Notes: generated from the letters alone by a model not told the origin. Numbered from the stretch's first letter, positions 51,195-60,422 are shown. The stretch is 64,000 bases of DNA from Candidatus Kapaibacterium sp. (GCA_025055035.1 JANWZB010000003.1:641-64640), one strand, 5' to 3'. Translations and numbers: made by a program.

Positions 51195-52303
51195 AACGTT
51201 TGCATACCTCTGCTCTTGCGGAGCTTTTTCATGATGCCATTCAGCTTTTGCGTGCTCTCATTGCTACTCCTTCGCCAAGCCGTGAAGAACATGCAACAGC
51301 AACATTAATTCAAGAGTTCTTTGATGTGCGCTCTATTCCTACAGAGCGATACTGCAACAACGTGTGGTCGTATAACCGATACTACGATGCATCCAAGCCA
51401 ACCCTTCTTCTTAACTCACACCACGATACCGTCAAGCCTGTGCAAGGTTGGACGCGGTCTCCTTTCGATCCATGTATTGAAGATACACCAAGTGGCAAAG
51501 TACTCTTTGGGTTAGGAAGCAACGATGCAGGTGCCGCACTTGTTAGTCTTATAGCGGCATTTGTGCACTTCTATCACTGTGAAGAGCTGCCGTTTAACCT
51601 TATTCTTGCTGCGAGTGCAGAAGAAGAAATTATTGGGAATAACGGCGTAGAAGCTCTTCTTCCACACTTAGGCAGCATTGCTGCTGCAATTGTAGGTGAA
51701 CCAACAAACTGTGCAATGGCAGTTGCTGAAAAAGGGTTGCTTGTTCTTGACTGCACAGCACATGGTGTTGCAGGACATGCAGCTCGCACCACAGGAGTAA
51801 ATGCGATTGACAAAGCTCTACGTAATATACTATGGTTTCATTCGTTTCGGTTTCCCAGAGTATCTGAACAGCTTGGTCCTATTACAATGACTGTTACTGT
51901 AATCAACGCTGGAACGCAACACAATGTCATCCCGGATCGCTGCACGTTTGTTGTTGATGTCCGCACAACCGATGCCTACACCCACGAAGAGATTATTGCT
52001 ATCATTCGATCACATGTTGATTGTGATGTGCAGCCACGGTCGGTACGGTTACGTCCTTCATGCATTCCCCTCAACCATCCTCTTGTTCAGGCAGCACAGC
52101 AGCTTTCCATACCAACATTTGCTTCTGCTACCCTTTCAGATCAAGCAGTTATGCCTTTCCCTTCGGTGAAAATTGGACCGGGAAACTCAGAGCGTTCACA
52201 CACAGCCGATGAGCATATCTATCTTGCTGAAATAGAGCACGGTATAGCAACATACATTCACCTTCTCAACACACTGTGCACACTTGGGAGACTGAGTGCA
52301 TGA
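51191..52303 (+). CDS. argE: M20 deacylase (ArgE-type acetylornithine/acylcitrulline deacylase)
   Basis: LNSHHDTV, GLGSNDAG, AEEE, GEPT, GHAA, RSHTADE; ATGA-coupled to argB. Confidence 0.82.
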   Translation: MKRLHTSALAELFHDAIQLLRALIATPSPSREEHATATLIQEFFDVRSIPTERYCNNVWSYNRYYDASKPTLLLNSHHDTVKPVQGWTRSPFDPCIEDTPSGKVLFGLGSNDAGAALVSLIAAFVHFYHCEELPFNLILAASAEEEIIGNNGVEALLPHLGSIAAAIVGEPTNCAMAVAEKGLLVLDCTAHGVAGHAARTTGVNAIDKALRNILWFHSFRFPRVSEQLGPITMTVTVINAGTQHNVIPDRCTFVVDVRTTDAYTHEEIIAIIRSHVDCDVQPRSVRLRPSCIPLNHPLVQAAQQLSIPTFASATLSDQAVMPFPSVKIGPGNSERSHTADEHIYLAEIEHGIATYIHLLNTLCTLGRLSA

Positions 52304-52701
52304 TACCGCTTTCTCACATACGATGCTATTGCTTGAGTAAACCATACACGACAGAAGAATTACCCTTCAATGACATGACACTCGTTTATAAGGTACATGG
52401 CAAAATATTTGCCATAATGGCTCTCGATACGCAAGATTCGATCACGCTCAAGTGCATCCCTCTGGATGCACTAGAACGAAGAGCTTCATACGATAGCGTC
52501 CAGCCCGGCTACCACATGAATAAACAACACTGGATTACCGTCCCGCTCGACAGTTCTATTCCCGCACAACTGCTGTATACATGGATTGATGATTCGTACA
52601 GCCTTGTTGTTGCTGGTCTTCCCGTTGCACGGAAACAAGAAATAGTACAAGCACTTGCAGACTTGGCACAAAAAAGCGCTAATTCCCAAGAAAAAATTTG
52701 A
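52300..52701 (+). CDS. MmcQ/YjbR family DNA-binding protein
   Basis: E..PF….LVYKV.GK.FA, LKC.P, PGYHMNK.HW, IDDSY.LV. Confidence 0.92.
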   Translation: MIPLSHIRCYCLSKPYTTEELPFNDMTLVYKVHGKIFAIMALDTQDSITLKCIPLDALERRASYDSVQPGYHMNKQHWITVPLDSSIPAQLLYTWIDDSYSLVVAGLPVARKQEIVQALADLAQKSANSQEKI

Positions 52702-52752
52702 CAAGTCCGCAAAGCTTGTGTATTTTTGTATTAAGAGTGCTTTATCTGAAAT
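52697..52752 (+). promoter_or_regulatory. Promoter TTTG-N20-TATTTTTG with putative Rrf2 operator AAGA-N8-TCTGAAAT (52733-52752) over the predicted TSS
   Basis: Canonical Bacteroidetes spacing; the operator recurs at 53333-53352. Confidence 0.62.
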
Positions 52753-52806
52753 TATTGTTGAGTATGAAGTTTATTACGACAACTTCAATCGAGGAGACTA
52801 CTAGCT

Positions 52807-53283
52807 ATGATGCTTTCTAAAAGTTGCATTTACGGCGTACAAGCTGCAATTTACATGGCATCTCTTCCACGCAATGAGTATGTATCTATTCAGCAAATAG
52901 CTGCAAAGCTAAACATATCGTTCCACTTTCTCACAAAGGTGTTGCAGAACCTTACACAAGCAGGGTTACTTATTTCGTACCGTGGACCGAACGGCGGGGT
53001 AGCACTTGCACGTCCATCATCGCAAATCAGCCTTGCTGATGTGATTGACGCCATTGATGGTTCAGATATTTTTAAAGAATGCCTGCTAGGACTACCTGGA
53101 TGCGGAGTTGCCGATCCCTGTCCTGCCCATGAAAACTGGACGTCGATGCGTTCGCGCCTCCATCATTTGTGCTCAACTCTCACTCTGGAAGAGCTAGGCA
53201 AGCGTGCGAATCAACTGAATGTCCGTTTGGCTAACTCACGTGCACCTATCAATCCAGCAAAGCTTCTTACAGAAGCTCGATAA
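52807..53283 (+). CDS. Rrf2-family transcriptional regulator, probable Fe-S sensor
   Basis: LSKSC.YG, S.RGPNGG, C.LGL..C….PCP.H; GAGGAG SD. Confidence 0.93.
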   Translation: MMLSKSCIYGVQAAIYMASLPRNEYVSIQQIAAKLNISFHFLTKVLQNLTQAGLLISYRGPNGGVALARPSSQISLADVIDAIDGSDIFKECLLGLPGCGVADPCPAHENWTSMRSRLHHLCSTLTLEELGKRANQLNVRLANSRAPINPAKLLTEAR

Positions 53284-53332
53284 ACTGTGTTGCTTTCGCA
53301 ATAGCAGAGTCTCGGGCACTTATTTTTTCACA

Positions 53333-53352
53333 AAGATAAAATAGTCTGAAAT
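53333..53352 (+). promoter_or_regulatory. Second copy of the putative Rrf2 operator (AAGATAAAATAGTCTGAAAT)
   Basis: Same AAGA-N8-TCTGAAAT as 52733-52752; AGA/TCT palindromic core. Confidence 0.6.
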
Positions 53353-53423
53353 ATGCAAAATACAGCATGCTATCTTACCAGGGGATATACCATCATGCAT
53401 ACACGCATGCACACCCTGAAACA

Positions 53424-53507
53424 ATGGCTACTGAATGCCCTGCCTAGGCAAACAAATCATAGACGCGGAAGATTGACAAGGGGGATAGTCAGGGCTTCAG
53501 TTGCCAT
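53424..53507. other. Long imperfect inverted repeat (22-23-nt arms) upstream of usp
   Basis: ATGGCTACTGAATGCCCTGCCTA … TAGTCAGGGCTTCAGTTGCCAT. Confidence 0.6.
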
Positions 53508-53677
53508 AATAAATACAATTCCTTGTTAAGGAGGATCAGAATTACACAAATGAACACATAATGCGTCCAATTCTCATACTTACACAACACATACTTACTG
53601 TATTACAAAAGTTGCGCAAAACAACCATTTTGTACCATCTTTGTATCACAACATATTTTTGACAAGGAGAATGACCT

Positions 53678-54130
53678 ATGCTACCAATCCATCGTATCCT
53701 CGTTCCGCATGATTTTTCTCAGCATGCCGAGCAAGCATTGGAATATGCAAAAGAAATTGGTATACCGCTCAAGGCAACACTACATTTGCTCCATGTCCTT
53801 GAGCCACTTACAACCTATGGTTCATGGGAAGGAATACCAATGACTGACTTAATAGGACGAGCCTTTGCACAAGCAGAAGAGAAGCTGCAGCAAATATCAT
53901 CAACACTTAATACTCTTGGCTTCGAGAGCGTTTATACTAAAGTCATGGAAGGTCATCCCGACATTGCTATCAATGGATACGCTGAACAACAAAGCATCGA
54001 CCTCATTATCATGGGTACACATGGTCGAAGGGGTCTTGAATACTTGCTCTTCGGCAGTACAACAGAGAAAGTTTTGCGCACAGCACCATGCTCAGTGCTT
54101 GCAGTACGCTTACCCAAAGACAACAAATAA
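53678..54130 (+). CDS. Universal stress protein
   Basis: ILVPHDFS, DLIIMGTHGR.G…FGSTTEKVLR.APC.VL; AAGGAG SD. Confidence 0.95.
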   Translation: MLPIHRILVPHDFSQHAEQALEYAKEIGIPLKATLHLLHVLEPLTTYGSWEGIPMTDLIGRAFAQAEEKLQQISSTLNTLGFESVYTKVMEGHPDIAINGYAEQQSIDLIIMGTHGRRGLEYLLFGSTTEKVLRTAPCSVLAVRLPKDNK

Positions 54131-54242
54131 TAGCGCTAGATTGAATATTTCTCTTGTTCAACTGTTTCCATATAGGTAGCTTTTTAGAAGACTCAACGAC
54201 TCTGCTATTGCTTTCATTTTCCCCACTTACTTGGTTATTTCT

Positions 54243-54653
54243 ATGAAAATGCTTCGCACCCTCTTACTATCCTGCTTAGTTGCAGGAGTATTCTTGACTA
54301 CATCACACGGTATAGCACAAAATAAAGCGAATGGTGAAAAAGTGTACAAAGCGTACTGTGCTACCTGTCATCAAGCAAATGGTCAAGGTCTTTCGACCGT
54401 GTATCCGCCACTTGCTAACTCGGACTATATTAAGAGCAAGCCCAAAAAGGAGATTATTAGCAGTGTTGTCAATGGCTTGAAAGGTGAAATCACTGTCAAC
54501 GGGAAAAAATACAATGGCGTTATGGTTGCCTTGCCCAAAAACTATACAGACCAAGACGCTGCCGACGTACTCACGTACATCTATAACTCTTGGGGCAATC
54601 CGGGTGGTACAGTAACAGTACAAGAAGTTAAAGCAGTACGCGGCAAGAAGTAG
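54243..54653 (+). CDS. Periplasmic monoheme cytochrome c (similar to NirK-fused c domains/c552)
   Basis: Signal peptide, CATCH, YPPLANSD, G.I.VNG..YNG.M, YI.NSWGN.G. Confidence 0.93.
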   Translation: MKMLRTLLLSCLVAGVFLTTSHGIAQNKANGEKVYKAYCATCHQANGQGLSTVYPPLANSDYIKSKPKKEIISSVVNGLKGEITVNGKKYNGVMVALPKNYTDQDAADVLTYIYNSWGNPGGTVTVQEVKAVRGKK

Positions 54654-54701
54654 AGAGCCCTCTTTATTATAGCATAAGTATACTTCGAACCTTTTTCGTA
54701 C

Positions 54702-54756
54702 GCGGCACAGAATGCTACAGAACTTTACCGTACTCTTTAGTAGCCTTCTGTGCCGC
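54702..54756. terminator. Hairpin GCGGCACAGAA-t-GCTAC…GTAGC-c-TTCTGTGCCGC after cytochrome c
   Basis: 16-bp stem with one mismatch, followed by a T-rich stretch. Confidence 0.55.
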
Positions 54757-54809
54757 TCACTTTCTTATATTTCGAATTTTCCTCCAAGTACTAAGCCTCG
54801 CCTCCTATT

Positions 54810-56069
54810 ATGTATCACAGCCTATGCCACCCTATGCACATAGTCGTTGTTACTTTACTTGCTACACTCCTTGCTTCTATGGACCTTTATGCACAACACA
54901 GCGACATAGTCAAGGATACTGTGCCAGAACATACTCATGGCAAAGAAAAAGAATTTTACTACAGGGATTATTCAGTTGTATATGCGTTGTACAACGACAT
55001 CTTGAATTCGTCCGTAAATTGTAGAACGGCATCTAAAATGCTGGGTGATGCTTTCCATAGATTGTTATCAGCACACATAAGTAACGATTTGCTAAGAGGT
55101 ACTGTAGATTTTGCATGGACATTTGTAGTCAAGTGGTTTTCAATGCTATGGCCTCACGAGCTTGGCCATATGCTGAGAACTCAGCAGGTTGGTGGTATAT
55201 TTACGCTCGAACGATTCGTGTTTCCGGGGATAGTATCATCACTCACACTGCCCCAGAATGCATCTACTGAACATCACACCCTAGCACTTATCGGTGGATT
55301 TGAGGCAAACTACCTTACTGCCAGAGATATTCAATGCGATTTTCATCGCAGAAACGGTCTCTATAACGACGACATAGGGTTAGCGTTTGGTCATAGAATC
55401 ATGTATCCTCTGTATGCATTTGTCTTTGCTCCCCAAGACCCCAACAGTCCTCAAACGTGGCGAGCCGCTGGCGGTGATCCTATCAATTTTACTAAGCTTG
55501 TATGGGAACTAGGAAATAGACCCGTATTCAACCCCGATAGCAGTATCAATCAAGACCTTGTACATTTTTACAATCAAACTGTCCTTGTTTCAATTCTATG
55601 GAACATGCTCGATGGTAATTTTTACAAGGAGATACTTGCTTTTTTCGGGAATCAAGTGCAAGGGCAACAACCTATCTCATGGCGAACAGACTCATTTCAG
55701 TGGTCATATGGAACAGTATTTAATACATCCCCTCTTGGAGCGGAGCTATATCTGCATAATTACTTCACTGTACATCAAGCCTTTTACTCCATCTATTTGA
55801 AGTATGGCTTTCCGCTCAAAAACTATGGAATTGGTATTACTGCTACCGACGTATTACACTTCGATAGAGGAGGTCTTGATGTCCAAGCAGACGCTTGGAA
55901 TCAAGATCTGTATGGCATGGGATTCTGCCTTAGCAGTTTTGCCCATTACACTATCTTTGGCACGGTAGATTTGCATCTGCAGGCAGGATACAAAACGCAA
56001 GGCTATGTTCTCGGCAGACCTATTCAGAATGGACTTATAGGGTATGTGGGAATGCGCTATCGCTTTTAG
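54810..56069 (+). CDS. Secreted hypothetical protein: HExxH-containing domain plus probable C-terminal outer-membrane beta-barrel
   Basis: Signal peptide, WPHELGH, GGFEAN, alternating aromatic strands, terminal GMRYRF. Confidence 0.65.
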   Translation: MYHSLCHPMHIVVVTLLATLLASMDLYAQHSDIVKDTVPEHTHGKEKEFYYRDYSVVYALYNDILNSSVNCRTASKMLGDAFHRLLSAHISNDLLRGTVDFAWTFVVKWFSMLWPHELGHMLRTQQVGGIFTLERFVFPGIVSSLTLPQNASTEHHTLALIGGFEANYLTARDIQCDFHRRNGLYNDDIGLAFGHRIMYPLYAFVFAPQDPNSPQTWRAAGGDPINFTKLVWELGNRPVFNPDSSINQDLVHFYNQTVLVSILWNMLDGNFYKEILAFFGNQVQGQQPISWRTDSFQWSYGTVFNTSPLGAELYLHNYFTVHQAFYSIYLKYGFPLKNYGIGITATDVLHFDRGGLDVQADAWNQDLYGMGFCLSSFAHYTIFGTVDLHLQAGYKTQGYVLGRPIQNGLIGYVGMRYRF

Positions 56070-57774
56070 TCAAGAACATTTTTCGCTCTCGCATGTACTG
56101 AACGATCTTTTTCCATGAATATGTATTGACAACAGCCGATGCTGGTATACCAGCTCTTCGTGCTACTGAAAGACCGAAGCGCATATATCCCAAGTCTTCA
56201 CAGCTATGCGCATCAGTATTAATAGCAAGAGCAATCCCCGCTTGATACGCTTTAGCAGCAATATCTGCACTAATGTCTAGCCGGTAGGGATTTGCATTGA
56301 TTTCTAAAATCTTACCGTGCTTGTATGCTGTTTCTAGTATGCAGTCCCAATCTACTTCATATCCTCTGCGCTTCAGCAAAAGCCTTCCTGTTGGATGTCC
56401 TAATATTGTCGTTGATGGGTGTTCAAGAGCACGTTTGATGCGTTCAGTCATGACTTCTCTTGTCATCGTTAACGCAGAGTGCACAGAAGCAACAACGATG
56501 TCAAATGTTTCGAGTAAGGAGTCAGGATAATCTAATGAGCCATCGGGCAGGATGTCTGATTCTATACCTTTCAGAATGCGAATACCAATTCTTTCGGCAT
56601 TGAGTTTATCAATTTCCTCATGCTGGCATTTAACACGTTCCTCGCTTAGTCCGTTGGCATATGATGCTGATCTGCTGTGATCGCAAATAGCTATGTACTC
56701 ATATCCTAACGCTCGAGCACGCTCTGCCATCTGCCGTATCGAATGCCTGCCATCGCTCCATGTTGTGTGTACATGTACTGCACCACGAATGTCCTTCATA
56801 CTGACAAGACTCGGCAAACGTTGTAGAAGAGTATTGTCCGTCAAAACAGATGGATCATAGCGCAGCTCTGGTGGAACATAAGGAATACCAGCACAATGAT
56901 ACAGCTCCTCTTCACTCGATAAGGATACAGATGTAGAAATTGCGTTTGCTAGCTTGTTCAAGAGCTCTGTATGAAACTTTAGCGATGAAGAATACCTGTG
57001 TAGCTCGATAATAAAACTCTCTGGTGCCACACATTGCACTCTTGTAGGGATTCCCCTAGTACTTGTCATCAGAAGTGTTACCCCGTCCCAGTGCCCGCTA
57101 CTACACTCTTCATCATGAGCACAACATTCCACAATCTGTTCGAAATGCTGAGTAGCAAGCAATATCACAATTTGTGAAACTGTCTCTTCACCTTGACGAA
57201 GTTCGCCGACAATTTCCGCAGAGCGGACGCTATGGCACCGACGAAACTTCTCGGACAGGCGTTCTGCCTCGTACGTAGCTGTATGCACATGGAAACGAGT
57301 GCATGCCTCGCGATACTCTGCTATTGCTTGCAGAATATTCGCCTGTGTTTTTGCACCGAAACCTTTGAGTGTGGCTATCTTTCCAGCTTTTGCAGCTTTT
57401 TCTAGATCATTTATTGACTCTACGCCAAGTTCTTTCCAAAGTAGGCGTACTTTTTTTGCACCTAAGCCTCGCAGCTGTGTTACTTCCAAGAGTGATTCAG
57501 GAACATGCTGTAGTATGCTACGATACTCTGCAAAAGATCCTGTGCAAGCAAACTCTTCAACAAGAGTTCGTATGCCTTTGCCAATGCCTGCTAATTGTAT
57601 TATATCAGCAAGCCGTACAGTTTCTCCGTCAAGGTGTTCTATAGTCTCCGCAGCATGAATAATGGCACGAACTTTGAACGGATTAGCGCCTGAAAGCTCT
57701 AAGAGTATTGCAAAATTGTGTAGTGTCTTAGTAAGCATTCGACGGTCAATAGTCGTATTTTCAAGCTGTTCCAT
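56035..57774 (-). CDS. polX: PolX/PHP protein with degenerate polymerase site and intact PHP nuclease
   Basis: NPFKVRA, HhH GIGKG/GLGAKK/GFGAK, PPELR, HVHTTWSDG, DHS, GIESD, GHPTGR, NTDAH. Confidence 0.9.
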   Translation of the reverse strand: MEQLENTTIDRRMLTKTLHNFAILLELSGANPFKVRAIIHAAETIEHLDGETVRLADIIQLAGIGKGIRTLVEEFACTGSFAEYRSILQHVPESLLEVTQLRGLGAKKVRLLWKELGVESINDLEKAAKAGKIATLKGFGAKTQANILQAIAEYREACTRFHVHTATYEAERLSEKFRRCHSVRSAEIVGELRQGEETVSQIVILLATQHFEQIVECCAHDEECSSGHWDGVTLLMTSTRGIPTRVQCVAPESFIIELHRYSSSLKFHTELLNKLANAISTSVSLSSEEELYHCAGIPYVPPELRYDPSVLTDNTLLQRLPSLVSMKDIRGAVHVHTTWSDGRHSIRQMAERARALGYEYIAICDHSRSASYANGLSEERVKCQHEEIDKLNAERIGIRILKGIESDILPDGSLDYPDSLLETFDIVVASVHSALTMTREVMTERIKRALEHPSTTILGHPTGRLLLKRRGYEVDWDCILETAYKHGKILEINANPYRLDISADIAAKAYQAGIALAINTDAHSCEDLGYMRFGLSVARRAGIPASAVVNTYSWKKIVQYMRERKMFLTKSDSAFPHTL

Positions 57775-57906
57775 GAGAAACTATACCTAGAACGTAGCAT
57801 TTTGTAGATTAGCACATTTATCGTAGATTGGCGGTTCGTTTTTAGACTGTGTAATACCGTTTCATTTTGAAAATTTCTCTTTCCTAGGTTGCTAGAGTAA
57901 ATATCT

Positions 57907-58755
57907 ATGCGGATTGTTCCTGCAAATGGCAAATTTAGCCTAAAAAATGATGGTACATTGGAAATTTTTTTTCTTGGTGTCGGTTCTGCATTTGCCAAAA
58001 CATTGTACCAAACAAACTTTATCATCGTGCAGGGTGATACACACGTCGTTGTGGACTTTGGTATGACTGGACCAATAGCACTACATACCCTTGCAGGGCT
58101 TGAAATGTCGGGCATAGAAGTTATCTTGCCAACACATAGCCATGCAGACCACGTTGGTGGAATTGAATCTTTAGCATTAGCCAATCGCTATATTGCCCGA
58201 CGCATTATGGGAAAACCAAAGCTTAAAATGATTATCACGGAAGAGTATGAGCGTATTCTATGGGACATGACGCTGCGTGGTGGGCTAGAATGGAATGAAC
58301 AAGATGAAAATGGCAAAAAGCTCTCTTTTTATGACTACTTCGACCCTATTCGTCCGCAATGGAAAGGTGGACATGACCGAGAAACCTTTGAAGTACAAGT
58401 CGGGGATATTCATATTGAAATGTTTCGCACAAAGCATATTCCAGAGCAAGCCATAACATGGCAGGATTCCTTTATCTCATACGGTGTGTACATTAACCAC
58501 CGGGTTTTTATTTCTGCCGACACCCGCATGGATATTGACCTTCTTAATCACTACGCTCCAATTTCTGAGGTGATGTTTCATGATGTTCAATTCTTCTCTG
58601 GCGCCGTCCACACACCGCTCAGCGAACTACAGACGCTCCCAGCAGACGTCAAAAAGAAAATGTATTTCATTCACTATTCGGATAACTGGCAACAGCACCC
58701 AGCAGATGGCTTTGCAGGATATGCTCAGCAAGGATATCGCTATATCTTTGACTAA
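57907..58755 (+). CDS. MBL-fold metallohydrolase (RNase Z/phosphodiesterase-like)
   Basis: FLGVGSAF, THSHADH, SADT, FHD, VHT, IHY. Confidence 0.88.
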   Translation: MRIVPANGKFSLKNDGTLEIFFLGVGSAFAKTLYQTNFIIVQGDTHVVVDFGMTGPIALHTLAGLEMSGIEVILPTHSHADHVGGIESLALANRYIARRIMGKPKLKMIITEEYERILWDMTLRGGLEWNEQDENGKKLSFYDYFDPIRPQWKGGHDRETFEVQVGDIHIEMFRTKHIPEQAITWQDSFISYGVYINHRVFISADTRMDIDLLNHYAPISEVMFHDVQFFSGAVHTPLSELQTLPADVKKKMYFIHYSDNWQQHPADGFAGYAQQGYRYIFD

Positions 58756-58825
58756 TCACACGAGCTAGATATCACTTCGTATGATTGTTTCGTTACTTTC
58801 TCACTAGGTAATTCTCAGATTGCTT

Positions 58826-59599
58826 ATGATCTATTCGACACTTCTTCTTGACCGTTCCTCCTATCCTTCTGTCGCAATACTTACACTCAACCGACCTGAC
58901 AAGCGCAACGCACTCAATCCTACACTGATTAGTGAAATTACTCATGCTTTTACGGCACTTGCGCACGATGATAGCATCAAAGTTATTATTCTTGCAGCCA
59001 ATGGCAAGGCATTTTGTGCGGGTATGGATTTGGCATACTTACAAGAAATCTCGCGAAACTCTGTTATGCAAAACAAAGCAGATTCACGACGGTTCCACGA
59101 TATGCTATCAGCAATTTACACCTGCCCGAAGCCTGTTATTGCTCGTGTGCAAGGAGCTGCAATAGCAGGAGGCTGCGGCATTGCATCTGTGTGCGATATT
59201 GTTGTTGCATCGCGCGAGAAGGCTCTCTTTGGTTACTCGGAGGTAAAAATTGGCTTCATTCCTGCTATTGTTTCTGTGTATTTAGTACGACGCATTGGCG
59301 GAACACACGCTCAACGCTTGCTACTCACCGCAGAAAATGTAAGTGCTGATGAAGCACACCGACTAGGTTTTGTAACGTATGTCGCCGATGATGCAGCACT
59401 TGATACCACTGTCATGAATACTGCTCAGATGCTTACTGCTAACAGCTCTTCAGCAATGGCGCTTACAAAAGAAATTCTTGGTAACCTCTCTGGTATGTCG
59501 TTGCATGCAGCATTAGATTATGCTTGCTCGATGAACGCTATTGCCCGCACAACGGAAGATTTTCAACGCGGTATAGCAAGTTTCCTTGAAAAACACTAG
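58826..59599 (+). CDS. Enoyl-CoA hydratase family, methylglutaconyl-CoA hydratase-like
   Basis: LNRPDKRNAL, AFCAGMDL, GAAIAGGCG, SEVKIGFIPA.V. Confidence 0.85.
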   Translation: MIYSTLLLDRSSYPSVAILTLNRPDKRNALNPTLISEITHAFTALAHDDSIKVIILAANGKAFCAGMDLAYLQEISRNSVMQNKADSRRFHDMLSAIYTCPKPVIARVQGAAIAGGCGIASVCDIVVASREKALFGYSEVKIGFIPAIVSVYLVRRIGGTHAQRLLLTAENVSADEAHRLGFVTYVADDAALDTTVMNTAQMLTANSSSAMALTKEILGNLSGMSLHAALDYACSMNAIARTTEDFQRGIASFLEKH

Positions 59600-59664
59600 A
59601 TTTGCTCTTGTAGTTTACTTTCCGCAGCATATTTTCGTTCACTGCCATTGAGGAGACACACTCT

Positions 59665-60345
59665 ATGACCATCACCTACTACGGGCACGCCTGCTTTCAA
59701 GTCGAAACAGCAGGAAAGCGTCTTCTTTTTGACCCATTCATTACACCTAATGAGCTTGCGCAACACATCGACATCAACACCATTACTCCTGACTATGTTC
59801 TGATTTCTCATGGGCACTCTGACCATATTCACGATGCTGTCAGTATTCTTCAGCGCTCTGGTGCAACAGCAATATGTGCGTGGGAAATTATGGGCTGGCT
59901 TAATAAGCATGGAATTGAAAAAGTCCACCCGATGAACACAGGAGGGAAATGGACATTCGACTTTGGCACAGTACAATGCACTGTTGCTCACCATTCCAGT
60001 AGCCTGCCCGACGGTAGCTATGGCGGTAATCCTATGGGCTTTGTTGTGCAAACAAGTGAAGGCGCATTCTACTACTCAGGTGATACTGCTCTCACACTCG
60101 ATATGAAGCTCATCGGCGACCGATATAACCTACGCATAGCACTGCTACCTATCGGTAACAACTTCACTATGGGCATCGACGATGCTATTACTGCCGCTGA
60201 GTTTATCAAGTGCAACACCATTATTGGCGTACACTACGATACATTCGGCTTTATCAAAATTCATCACGACGAAGCAAAAACTGCCTTCAGCAAGGCAGGA
60301 AAGACATTAACACTCCTTGATATTGGGACATCTATCACTATCTAA
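59665..60345 (+). CDS. UPF0173 metal-dependent hydrolase (MBL fold)
   Basis: YGHACF, DPFIT.N, SHGHSDH, AHHSS, GDT, LPIG.NFTM, HYDTF; GAGGAG SD. Confidence 0.92.
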   Translation: MTITYYGHACFQVETAGKRLLFDPFITPNELAQHIDINTITPDYVLISHGHSDHIHDAVSILQRSGATAICAWEIMGWLNKHGIEKVHPMNTGGKWTFDFGTVQCTVAHHSSSLPDGSYGGNPMGFVVQTSEGAFYYSGDTALTLDMKLIGDRYNLRIALLPIGNNFTMGIDDAITAAEFIKCNTIIGVHYDTFGFIKIHHDEAKTAFSKAGKTLTLLDIGTSITI

Positions 60346-60364
60346 GCCTTTCTATCCAAGCACA

Positions 60365-60412
60365 CTATGCGGGGCATCGTCTTCTTGACACTTCATCTTA
60401 TGCTCCGCATAG
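60365..60412 (+). terminator. 3' hairpin CTATGCGGGGCAT-N22-ATGCTCCGCATAG between convergent genes
   Basis: 13-bp stem with one G-U; same core as 19028-19061. Confidence 0.55.
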
Positions 60413-60422
60413 CCTGCTGTGC

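Noticed and set aside
53529..53561. Strong AGGAGG followed by minigene ATG AAC ACA TAA
   Set aside because: SD-ATG spacing of about 15 nt is too long to support translation
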